From assembly GCA_963782055.1 (NCBI GenBank), contig CAWAIF010000003.1:5600001-5664000 (forward strand): a stretch of DNA of 64,000 nucleotides. The letters run 5' to 3'. Source of the DNA: an uncultured delta proteobacterium (GTDB lineage: Bacteria > Myxococcota_A > Polyangia > Polyangiales > Polyangiaceae). Below are positions 1 to 9,403 of this stretch, piece by piece. A program made the translations under genes and the position numbers. The notes beneath the pieces were generated by a model that worked only from the letters and a program-made list of their open reading frames with translations, did no database searches and had not been told where the DNA came from. Every line of letters starts with the position of its first letter. Position 1 is the stretch's first letter.

Positions 1-48
1 GGCGCCTCCGTCACCCGCTGGCGGATGTCCTGGAGGGAGACCACGCGC

Positions 49-456
49 CTAGGCCTTGGGCTCGCGCGCCAGGAGCTTGGTGGAGATGTGCTCGCCCAGC
101 GCCTCGCTCATCATCTTCTCGACGAAGTCCTCCAGCGCCTCGCGCTCGGAGTCCTGGGCGAAGAGGAAGCGGATGCCCATCCCCGGCTGCGAGCTGGCCT
201 TGGCGGCGTCCGCCTCGGTCGTGACCCACATCACCTGGCCGCGAAGCCTGAGCTGCTTGTCCTGGGTGGGCAGCGAGAGCACGAAGACGAACTCGGTCCC
301 CACGTCGAGCGGCTTGGTGGTGCGGATGAAGGTGCCGCCCTTGGAGATGTTCTTCGTGTAGTCGGCGAAGAAGGTGTTGATGCGCTTGTAGTCGACCCGC
401 AGCGTGATGGCCGCGCGGTCCTCGATTCGCCGCTCGGAGGGCGGGGTCTCCACCAT
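49..456 (-). CDS. PilZ-domain protein, myxobacterial TIGR02266 type
   Basis: RxxxR (ERRIEDRAAI), YTKNISKGGTFI and GMGIRF PilZ motifs; ATG at 456. Confidence 0.9.
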   Translation of the reverse strand: MVETPPSERRIEDRAAITLRVDYKRINTFFADYTKNISKGGTFIRTTKPLDVGTEFVFVLSLPTQDKQLRLRGQVMWVTTEADAAKASSQPGMGIRFLFAQDSEREALEDFVEKMMSEALGEHISTKLLAREPKA

Positions 457-522
457 GCGCAGGCACGTTAGCACGACCCTGGGCCTGGCGTCCGGCGCCT
501 GGCGACCCTACCTTGAGAGGCC

Positions 523-1467
<945 letters not shown>

Positions 1468-1533
1468 GCGCGCGCCGCGACGTCCCGGGCCGGTTGGTCC
1501 CCGTCGCGGCCGCGCGTATGCTCATCGCCACCC

Positions 1534-2316
1534 ATGGAGGCTCCCCCGCGCGCGTGCCGCCCCCGGACCCTTCGCGTCGCGCTCGCGCTCGTCGTCGCCG
1601 GGTGCGGCGCGGGCGGGCAGCAAACCACCGGCGCCTCGACACCGGCCACGGGGACGATCACCATCCCGAGCGCCGCCCCGAGCGCGAGCGCGCCCGCCGC
1701 CTCCGCCACGGCGGTCTCGCTGGCCGAGCCTCCGCCGCGCACCAACCACGGCTCCGGCCCGGACGGATGCTTCACGCGCGAGGAGCTCGCCGCGCGGCAG
1801 GCGCAGGTGAAGTCCGACCGAAGGGCGACCTACGTCGAGGCGCTCCGCCGCGACGGCCTGCGGCCGGTGCACCTCACGGCCCGCAGGCTGCGCAGCGGGA
1901 GCACGGCGATTGAGTTCCGCGGGCCCGTCCCGCCGGCGCACGTCGAGGAGCGCGAGATCGCGCCTCACCGCCGCGTGAAGCTCATCGTCACGCCGCCCAC
2001 CGGGGGCTGCGGGGATTTATCGACGGCCTTCGAGTTCGCCCGCGGGGGCGATCGCGTGTGGCTGGTGCAGCGCCACGTGCACAGCCGGAAGATCGAGGTC
2101 GCGCTGTGCGGGTGTCCGGGCTGCAAGTGCGAGTCTCCCGATGAGCCCGGGTGCGGCGGCGTGGCGATGGCCCTGACGACCATCCTCGGCTACGAGCTGC
2201 CCGACGGGACGCACTTCGCCGGGACGCGCGAGGTGGAGTACGTGGAGGACTTCGTCGACGTCACCAAGGTGATGCAGCCGCAGCCCGCGTGCGTGGCGCC
2301 GCAACCGCGGCCGTGA
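1534..2316 (+). CDS. Hypothetical lipoprotein with Cys-rich C-terminal part
   Basis: Hydrophobic signal with VAGC lipobox, Ala/Pro/Thr linker, GC3-rich codons. Confidence 0.7.
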   Translation: MEAPPRACRPRTLRVALALVVAGCGAGGQQTTGASTPATGTITIPSAAPSASAPAASATAVSLAEPPPRTNHGSGPDGCFTREELAARQAQVKSDRRATYVEALRRDGLRPVHLTARRLRSGSTAIEFRGPVPPAHVEEREIAPHRRVKLIVTPPTGGCGDLSTAFEFARGGDRVWLVQRHVHSRKIEVALCGCPGCKCESPDEPGCGGVAMALTTILGYELPDGTHFAGTREVEYVEDFVDVTKVMQPQPACVAPQPRP

Positions 2317-2535
2317 GCGCTGCGCGAGCGTCGTGGGGGCGGCGCGCCGCCGGCGGTCTGAGCGACGCAGTCGTCCTCGCACGCCTGCACGCTGGCGCAC
2401 ACGGGCGGCTGGCGAAGCTGGCTGTTGCTGCAGCAGGTCGCGCGCTGCGAGAGGTATGCGCACTGCGGCCACGAGCAGCCGCTCGTCTGCGCGATGCAAT
2501 GGTCGAACTGCGCGGTGAGCGGGTCCGAAGCGTGC

Positions 2536-5367
2536 GTGCGTGATACGCTGACGCGCATCGACGAGCACTTCCGAAGGCGACGCCGTCTCGCGGCCACCAG
2601 CGCGCACGAGCTCTGGGAGGTGGTCGGGGCACGCACGGGGCGGCGCGGCGTCATGAAGGTGGCGCGGGCGGGGGACGTGGCGCGAGAAGCGGAGATGCTG
2701 CGGCGGGCGGCGGGGGACGGCGTGGTCGCGCTGCTCGCGCACCCCGACCCGACCCGGCTGGTCATGGCGCGCGTCGCCGGGCCGACGCTCGCCGAGGTGC
2801 TGGCCCGACGGCGCCTCGGGACGCGACAGGTCCGCGCCCTCGCGCTCCGCCTGGGCGGCGTGCTCGTGCGGGTGCATCGCGCCGGGGTGGTCCATGGGGA
2901 CGTGTCGCCGGACAACGTCATCCTCGTCGGCGGGGACCCGTCGCGCGCGACGCTGGTGGACTTCGACACCGCGCGCGCCGCCGGGACCCCCTTCGGTCCG
3001 CGCGTGACGGCGGCGTTCACCGCGCCGGAGCGCCTCGCCGGGCCCTGCGACGCAGACCCGCGCGCCGACGTCTTCTCCCTGGGGGCGCTGCTCGCTGCGT
3101 GCAGAATACAACGATCGCCCTTCGAGGAGGAGACGCGCGACGCGACCGTGCTGCGCGTGCTGGTCGTCGACCCTCCGCGCCCTCGCGGCGCGGGCACGGC
3201 GGAGGCGCGGGCGCTTCGCGCGATGCTGCAGAAGGACCCGGCGCTGCGACCGGCGGACGCGCGCACCGCCGTCGCCGCGCTGCTCGCGCCGCGGGGAGGT
3301 GCGGCGGCGTCGATGGACCTGCGCCTCGGGGTGGTGCGACCGGAGGACGCCGGCGCCCCCTACGCCGCCCTCGCGCCGGCCCTGCGCGCCGCGCTCGCCC
3401 TGGAGGCGGACGTCCCTTTTGCCGATGCACGCGCCGCCGTCCGCAAGGTGCTCCCGCGGCGCGACGCGCACCTCGCCGACGTGGCCGTGGGCGTGATCGC
3501 GCCGGCGGCGGCGCCCCCCTCCAGCCTGACGCCGCTCCTCCTCGACCCGGCCCTGCGGCGCGCGCACAAGCACCAGGCGGCGCTGGCGGTGACGTCGGCG
3601 CTCATGGCGCGCGGCGCGCCGCTGCGGGTGCGCGGACACCTGGATCCCGCGACGCGCGAGGTCGTCGACGCGCTGGGCGGCGCCGCCAGCGTGGCGCCCT
3701 CCTCCCGAGCGCTGCCGCCCTCGTCGCGCGCGACGCGCGATCCGGTGAGGGCCCGCGCGGTGACGCACGCGCTCGGCGGCGCGTTCGACGCCGAGCTCTT
3801 CGCCGAGGTGATGGGCGTGCCCGGCAGCGAGGCGGCCACGATGCTCGACATGCTCGCGGCGGAGGGGAGCGTCGCGCGCGACGCGCTGGACGCCTACCGG
3901 GAGGCGGGAGAGGCCGGCAGGAGCGCATACGGGATGCTCTCCGAGCCCGAGCGCCGGCGCGTCCACGCGCGCATCGCCGCCGCGCTCTCGGCGGTCGCGC
4001 CGGAGGCGCACGGCCGGCGCGCGACGCACCTCGCGGCCGCCGGATCGTTCCTGCGGGCCGCGCACGAGTACGACCTCGCCGCGCAGTCGGCGCTGGAGGC
4101 CAGTGACCTCGCGGGAGCGGCGCGGTGGCTGGACGCCGCCGAGCGCGTGCTGGCCGCCGCGCCGACCTCGGCCGCGAGCAGGTTGCTGCGCGGCATGGTG
4201 GACCTGCATCGCGCCCAGGGGCAGCGATGGACGGGCGAGAACGCGCAGGCGGGTTCCCGCGCGCGCGCCGCCCTGGCGCGGCTGCCCGCCGGATCGAGCG
4301 CGTGGTGCGAGGCGCTCGGAGAGCGCGCCACCGCCGCGGGCAAGCTGGGCGATCTCGCCGAGGTCCTCGCCGTCGCGGCCGGGCTCCACGTCGCGCCCGT
4401 CTCGGAGCACGCCGCCTTCGCGTGGGATCGGGCGTGCGCCCGCACCGCGGTGCAGCTCTTCTTCCACGGGGAGGTGCCGCGAGCCCGCGCCCTCACGCGA
4501 CTCTTCCTGCGACGCACCGTCCGCGCCGACGGCACCCCGGACGAGCGCCGCCGCGGCCTCTCGCCCGGCGCGCTCGTGACCGAGGCGGTGTTCTCCGGCA
4601 GGCTGGACGAGTACCTCGCCCGGCTGCGCGCCGGCGTCGCGCAGTTCGGCGCGCTGGGCGACGAGCGCTCGGCGTGCATGTACGGCGCTAGCGTGGGCTA
4701 CGCGTGCGCGCAGCTCGGCGACTTCGCCCGGGCGGAGCGCTCCCTGCGCGGCGTGATGGCGCGGGCGGAGGCGGCCGGACTCCCGATGCTCGTCACTCTC
4801 GCCCGGCACAACCTCGGCCTCGCGCTGACGTACCGGCCGGGGGCCATCGAGGAGGCGGTGGCCGTGGAGAGCACGGCCATCGACGCCCTCCGGACCCAGG
4901 GGGATCTGCGCTACCTCGCGGGCAGCCTCGCCTACCGGGCGCGCATGCACGTCGCCCGAGGCGACGCGCGTCTCGCCGAGGCGGACGCGCGGGAGGCGGT
5001 GCAGATCGCCGCGCGCGTCGCCGCGGTCGAGCCCCTGGCGTGGGGCGCGCTGGCGGAGGCGCTGCTGCTCGCGCACGAGCCCGACGAGGCGCTGGCCGCC
5101 GCCGAGGACGCCAGGCGCGCGATGGATTGGGCGGGGCCTGGCGAGTCGCACGAGGCCCTGGTGTGGCTCGCCGCCGCGCGCGCGCTCGAGACGCTGGGAC
5201 GCAGGGAGGAAGCCCGGCGCGAGATCGCGGCGGCGTGCGCCGGCATCCGGGCCCGCGCGCGCCGCATCCGGTCGCCGAGCTGGCGCGCGCGGTTTCTCCG
5301 GTCCGCGCCCGATCACGCCGCCACGTTCGCCCTCGCCCGCGCCCTTCGTGCCGCCGCGCGCCCGTGA
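2536..5367 (+). CDS. Ser/Thr protein kinase-like protein with C-terminal TPR-like helical region (degenerate motifs)
   Basis: VMKV, HGDVSPDN, LVDFD, TAPE and ADVFSLG subdomain motifs; HNLGLAL-type TPR repeats; start GTG 2536 uncertain. Confidence 0.8.
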   Translation: MRDTLTRIDEHFRRRRRLAATSAHELWEVVGARTGRRGVMKVARAGDVAREAEMLRRAAGDGVVALLAHPDPTRLVMARVAGPTLAEVLARRRLGTRQVRALALRLGGVLVRVHRAGVVHGDVSPDNVILVGGDPSRATLVDFDTARAAGTPFGPRVTAAFTAPERLAGPCDADPRADVFSLGALLAACRIQRSPFEEETRDATVLRVLVVDPPRPRGAGTAEARALRAMLQKDPALRPADARTAVAALLAPRGGAAASMDLRLGVVRPEDAGAPYAALAPALRAALALEADVPFADARAAVRKVLPRRDAHLADVAVGVIAPAAAPPSSLTPLLLDPALRRAHKHQAALAVTSALMARGAPLRVRGHLDPATREVVDALGGAASVAPSSRALPPSSRATRDPVRARAVTHALGGAFDAELFAEVMGVPGSEAATMLDMLAAEGSVARDALDAYREAGEAGRSAYGMLSEPERRRVHARIAAALSAVAPEAHGRRATHLAAAGSFLRAAHEYDLAAQSALEASDLAGAARWLDAAERVLAAAPTSAASRLLRGMVDLHRAQGQRWTGENAQAGSRARAALARLPAGSSAWCEALGERATAAGKLGDLAEVLAVAAGLHVAPVSEHAAFAWDRACARTAVQLFFHGEVPRARALTRLFLRRTVRADGTPDERRRGLSPGALVTEAVFSGRLDEYLARLRAGVAQFGALGDERSACMYGASVGYACAQLGDFARAERSLRGVMARAEAAGLPMLVTLARHNLGLALTYRPGAIEEAVAVESTAIDALRTQGDLRYLAGSLAYRARMHVARGDARLAEADAREAVQIAARVAAVEPLAWGALAEALLLAHEPDEALAAAEDARRAMDWAGPGESHEALVWLAAARALETLGRREEARREIAAACAGIRARARRIRSPSWRARFLRSAPDHAATFALARALRAAARP

Positions 5368-6734
5368 TACACACGGGGCGCGTGACCCGCCAACGTCCTC
5401 GCACGCGACCTCATGGGGAGACGGCGCCGCTGGACGCGCCGGAGCGACGGCTCGCGGTCTACGTCGTGGGCGAGCCCGGGCGGCCGCCGGTGCCCCTCGA
5501 TCGCACGCTGCGCGTCGGCCGGGACGAGGACTGCGACATCGCGCTGAACCACGCCTCGGTCTCCAGGCTGCACGCCACCCTCGAGCCCGCCAACGACGCG
5601 GGCGAGGTGACGGTGGTCGACTGCGGGAGCCGCAACGGGACGTGGGTCGGCGACGCCAAGCTCCCGCCGCGCGGGCGCGGCTACGCCACGCGCACCACCA
5701 TCGTGCGCGTCGGCGACGTGGCGCTCGTGCTGGACGGCGCGCGGGCCGCGGCGCCCGCCACGGAGGAAGGTGCGGGTGCCGCCCTGCTGCAGCCGCTCGG
5801 GGCGATGAAGGAGGTGCTCGACCTCGCCGGGCGACTCGCCGCCGACGACATCACCGTCCTCATCACCGGGGAGACGGGCGTCGGCAAGGAGATCATGGCG
5901 CGCTGGCTCCACGAGCACTCCGCGCGCGCCTCCGGCCCGCTCGTCCCGGTGCACGCCGCGGCGCTCAGCCCGAGCCTCTTCGAGAGCGAGCTCTTCGGTC
6001 ACGAGCGCGGCGCCTTCACCGGGGCGGCCACCGAGCGCGACGGCCTGCTCGCCCAGGCCGACGGCGGCACGCTCTTCTTCGACGAGATCGGCGAGCTGCC
6101 GCTCGACCTGCAGCCGAAGCTGCTGCGCGTGCTGGAGGACCGTCGCGTCGTGCGGGTGGGTGGGCGGACGGCGCGCGTGGTCGACGTGCGCATCGTCGCG
6201 GCGACGAACCGCGATCTGCAGGCGGAGGTCGCCCGGGGCGCCTTCCGCGCCGACCTCTACTTCCGGCTGGGCGCCTTTCCGCTGGTCATCCCGCCGCTGC
6301 GCGAGCGCGTCGCGGAGGTCCCCGCGCTGGCGCGCGCGCTGCTCGCCGCCGCGTGCGCGCGCCGCGGCCGCGCGCCGGCGTCGCTCACCGAGGCGGCGCT
6401 GGCGCGGCTCGCGGAGCACCCCTGGCCGGGGAACGTGCGCGAGCTGTCCAGCGCCCTCTCCCGCGCGCTCTTGATGGCGCCGCCGGGCGCGATCGCGCTC
6501 GACGCCCTCGACGTGACGCGCGCGCTCGGCGCGACGACCTCGCCCGCGCACGGGACCGCGCCGGCGACGGCCGCGGAGCCCGACGACGAGCGCGCGCGCA
6601 TCGAGCAAGCCCTGGCCCGCCACGCGGGCAACCAGAGCGCGGCGGCGGCGGAGCTGCGCATCGCCCGGCGCACCCTCCTCTACAAGCTCGACCGCCTCGG
6701 CATCCCGCGCCCGCGCAAGACGAAGAAGCGCTGA
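5364..6734 (+). CDS. FHA-domain sigma54-dependent transcriptional activator (FHA-AAA+-Fis HTH)
   Basis: VGR/VSRLHA/GSRNGT FHA motifs, [30 protein letters not shown]-terminal HTH; GTGA overlap with the kinase stop. Confidence 0.95.
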   Translation: MIHTGRVTRQRPRTRPHGETAPLDAPERRLAVYVVGEPGRPPVPLDRTLRVGRDEDCDIALNHASVSRLHATLEPANDAGEVTVVDCGSRNGTWVGDAKLPPRGRGYATRTTIVRVGDVALVLDGARAAAPATEEGAGAALLQPLGAMKEVLDLAGRLAADDITVLITGETGVGKEIMARWLHEHSARASGPLVPVHAAALSPSLFESELFGHERGAFTGAATERDGLLAQADGGTLFFDEIGELPLDLQPKLLRVLEDRRVVRVGGRTARVVDVRIVAATNRDLQAEVARGAFRADLYFRLGAFPLVIPPLRERVAEVPALARALLAAACARRGRAPASLTEAALARLAEHPWPGNVRELSSALSRALLMAPPGAIALDALDVTRALGATTSPAHGTAPATAAEPDDERARIEQALARHAGNQSAAAAELRIARRTLLYKLDRLGIPRPRKTKKR

Positions 6735-6746
6735 CACCGCGGCGGG

Positions 6747-6777
6747 TTGCACACGAGGCGCTGCGCTCGAAGTGCAA
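6747..6777. promoter_or_regulatory. Inverted repeat TTGCAC-N19-GTGCAA, candidate enhancer (UAS) for the adjacent activator
   Basis: ttgcac 6747-6752 and gtgcaa 6772-6777, about 50 bp upstream of a sigma54 promoter. Confidence 0.45.
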
Positions 6778-6827
6778 TCGCGTGCGCTCGGCCACGCCGG
6801 AGGCCTGATTTCCGCGGCGCTCACGCG

Positions 6828-6843
6828 TGGCCCCGCGCTTGCT
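6828..6843 (+). promoter_or_regulatory. sigma54 -24/-12 promoter
   Basis: TGGCCCCGCGCTTGCT matches TGGCAC-N5-TTGCW with exact spacing, 40 bp before ATG 6883. Confidence 0.75.
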
Positions 6844-6882
6844 CTGTCTGGGGCATCCCCCCACAGGAAAGGGTCTTAAGTC

Positions 6883-8034
6883 ATGAATCGCTCGAGCGCG
6901 TCGCTGTTCGTCCTTCTTCTCCCCCTCACGGTGGCTTGCGGCCCGGGTGCTGGGTCCGATCCCGCCGACGGCGGCGGCCAGCCCGACGCGGGTCCGGGGG
7001 CCGACGCCGACGCCGGCGCGCCCGGGCTCGGCTTCCGCCCGACCAACCTCCCGGCGGCCATCGACTTCAGTCACGTGGGCGATCTCGTCTTCGACGCGAA
7101 CAAGTGCGGCAACAGCATCAACCTCAACGATCAGGGCGGCACCACGTGCGACGGCCCCGGCACCGGCGTCTACGACAGCTTCGTCGTCACGCAGGTCGAT
7201 GGCAGCAAGCTGCGCGTCTTCGTCGCGCGCAACATCCGGATCGCGGAGGGCATCGACGTCACCGCCGAGGGCACGCAGCCCGTCGCGCTCGTCGCCCTCG
7301 ACACCATCGAGATCCTCGGCACGCTCGACGGCTCCAGCGGGCGCGCCGGCGGCTTCAACCAGCCCAACGGCGACCAGGCCGACGGCAAGGGCCCGGGCGG
7401 CGGCCTCTACGACAACGGCACGCTCAAGGGCGGCGGCGGCGCGTACTGCGGCGCGGGCGGCGCGTCGGGCAACGGCGCGGCCAAGGGCGGGAAGGCCTAC
7501 GGCAACGCCGCGCTCAGCCCGCTCGTCGGCGGCTCCACCGGCGGCGGCGCGTACCCCGGCGCGGGCGGCGGCGCGATCCAGCTCGTCGCCGGCAACAAGA
7601 TCCACGTCGGCGCGAATGGGTGGGTGAGCGTCGGCGGCGGCGGCGGCCAGACCGGCGGCGGCGGGGCGGGCGGCGCGCTCCTGCTCGAGGCACCCACGGT
7701 GGCGATCGACGGCGCCCTCGCGGCCAACGGCGGCGGCGGCGGCGCGGGCGGCGGCGCCATCTACGGCGAGGACGCCAAGCCGAGCGCCACCCAGGCGAAG
7801 GGCGGCGTGGGCACGGGCGGCGACGGCAGCGGCGGCAACGGCGGCGCCGGCTCGCTCCTCGACGGCGCCGACGGCACGCCGGGCGACGCGCAGCTCCTGA
7901 CGCACGGCAACGGCGGCGCGGGCGTGGGCCGCATCCGCATCAACACCACCACCGGCAAGGCGATCATCTCCGGCGTCGTGTCTCCTTCCGCCGGCACCTC
8001 GTGCGGGACACAGGGGATCCTGATCGCCCTCTGA
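6883..8034 (+). CDS. Glycine-rich secreted lipoprotein (PE-PGRS-like GGxGG repeats)
   Basis: TVAC lipobox; GGGGAGG runs and GGAIQL/GRIRIN strands typical of myxobacterial Gly-rich proteins. Confidence 0.85.
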   Translation: MNRSSASLFVLLLPLTVACGPGAGSDPADGGGQPDAGPGADADAGAPGLGFRPTNLPAAIDFSHVGDLVFDANKCGNSINLNDQGGTTCDGPGTGVYDSFVVTQVDGSKLRVFVARNIRIAEGIDVTAEGTQPVALVALDTIEILGTLDGSSGRAGGFNQPNGDQADGKGPGGGLYDNGTLKGGGGAYCGAGGASGNGAAKGGKAYGNAALSPLVGGSTGGGAYPGAGGGAIQLVAGNKIHVGANGWVSVGGGGGQTGGGGAGGALLLEAPTVAIDGALAANGGGGGAGGGAIYGEDAKPSATQAKGGVGTGGDGSGGNGGAGSLLDGADGTPGDAQLLTHGNGGAGVGRIRINTTTGKAIISGVVSPSAGTSCGTQGILIAL

Positions 8035-8058
8035 TCGCCGGCGTCGCGCGTCCAACGA

Positions 8059-8099
8059 CGAAGGCCCGGGCTCCCTCGCGAGCTCGGGCCTTCGCGTTT
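8059..8099. terminator. Intrinsic terminator hairpin between convergent genes
   Basis: cgaaggcccgggct ... agctcgggccttcg 14-bp stem (one G-T pair) followed by cgttt. Confidence 0.75.
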
Positions 8100-8137
8100 C
8101 CTTCGCCTTGGCGCGGCCGCGCCGACGCGAGGCGCGG

Positions 8138-9403
8138 TCACTCCTTCGCCGCGTGGTGCCCGCCGAACGTGTACCCCACGCTCACCCCGATGAGGTTCGC
8201 GAAGCCGCTGTAGCTCCCGGGGAACTGCGGCGCGGTGCTGTTGCGCGAGGTGAGGAGGATGAACTCGTAGCCCAGGTCCGCCTTGAAGCCGCTCTTGTGG
8301 CGGTAGCCGGCGCCCAGGCAGAAGCCGACGCGCGTGGAGTCGGGCAGGTCGGGGAGGGTGGTCTCGTCGGGCGAGGGGGTCGGGTCGATCACCACGCCCG
8401 CCCGGCCGCTCCACGCGTCGCTGAAGGTGAACTCGCCGCCCAGGTGGAAGTTGACCGTGCTGCTCCAGTTCTTCGGCTCGTGGGTGGCGAGGCTGCCGGT
8501 CGCGTCGTCGGGGAAGGCGACGTCGATGCTCTGGAAGTGCTCCCAGCCGTAGTAGACGACGTCGGCGTCCAGCAGCAGCTTGGGCGTGGGACGCACCGCG
8601 ATGCCGGCGGCGAAGCTGTCGGGCAGCACCAGGCGCGTGGTGACGCGCTGGTCGTGGATGGTGCCGGCGAGCGTCTGCGGGATGCCGCCGAAGTGGGCGT
8701 TGCCGGCGTAGTCGATGGCCACCGCGCTGCGGTAGTGCAGGCCGAAGGAGAGGACCTTGGGGACCGCCTCCACCTGGATGCCCACGTTGCCCCCCACGCC
8801 CCAGCCATCGCCGCCCAGCTCCGACGACCCGAAGCCGCCGCTGGGGAGTGCGATGTCGCGCTGGAGGTCGACGGTGGAATAGACGACCTGCAGGCCGGCG
8901 CCCACGCGGAGCGGGCCGAAGCGGTAGGCGACGGTGGGGTTGGCGTCGTAGCTGGCGACGTTGCCGTAGGTGAGGAAGGAGCGCCCCTCCCACCCAGCCG
9001 GCCACTTGAGCGTCAGGCCGTATGGCGTGAAGAGGCCGATGCCGACGGACAGGTTCTTGGTGATCCCCCCCACCGCATAGAACTGGAAGGGCGGGACGAC
9101 GCTGAAGGGCGTGGTGGTGGAGGCCCCCTTCGGGTTCTCGAAGGTGGAGCTCGGCAGGATGAGGGTGTCGCCCACCTCCATCTCCAGCTTCTTCCCCTGC
9201 GAGATGCCGGCCGGGTTGTAGTAGACGGCCGACGGGTCGTCGATGAAGCCGGTGACGGCGGCGCCCATGCTGGTGGCGCGGGCCGACTGCACGTCGAGGC
9301 CGATGCCGGCGGCGCGCGCGTCGGGCGCGCCGAGGGCGAGGCACGCCGCGCCGGCGGCGAGCAAGGGCAAGGTGCGTGTGGCGTGGAACCGATGGTGGGT
9401 CAT
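8138..9403 (-). CDS. fadL: OmpP1/FadL family outer-membrane long-chain fatty acid transporter
   Basis: Signal peptide; SMGAAVTG-DDPSAVYYNPAG hatch motif; TPYGL; PDSTR; GVSVGYTF terminal strand. Confidence 0.92.
   Translation of the reverse strand: MTHHRFHATRTLPLLAAGAACLALGAPDARAAGIGLDVQSARATSMGAAVTGFIDDPSAVYYNPAGISQGKKLEMEVGDTLILPSSTFENPKGASTTTPFSVVPPFQFYAVGGITKNLSVGIGLFTPYGLTLKWPAGWEGRSFLTYGNVASYDANPTVAYRFGPLRVGAGLQVVYSTVDLQRDIALPSGGFGSSELGGDGWGVGGNVGIQVEAVPKVLSFGLHYRSAVAIDYAGNAHFGGIPQTLAGTIHDQRVTTRLVLPDSFAAGIAVRPTPKLLLDADVVYYGWEHFQSIDVAFPDDATGSLATHEPKNWSSTVNFHLGGEFTFSDAWSGRAGVVIDPTPSPDETTLPDLPDSTRVGFCLGAGYRHKSGFKADLGYEFILLTSRNSTAPQFPGSYSGFANLIGVSVGYTFGGHHAAKE

Noticed and set aside
1..44. 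Possible start of a minus-strand gene (MVSLQDIRQRVTEA) running off the window
   Set aside because: Too short to support a call
2017..5316. 1099-aa minus-strand ORF and similar long Arg/Ala/Pro-rich ORFs (e.g. 9376-12447, 40038-42503, 44438-46978, 53118-55682)
   Set aside because: Shadow frames of real genes in high-GC DNA; no motifs and wrong codon-position bias
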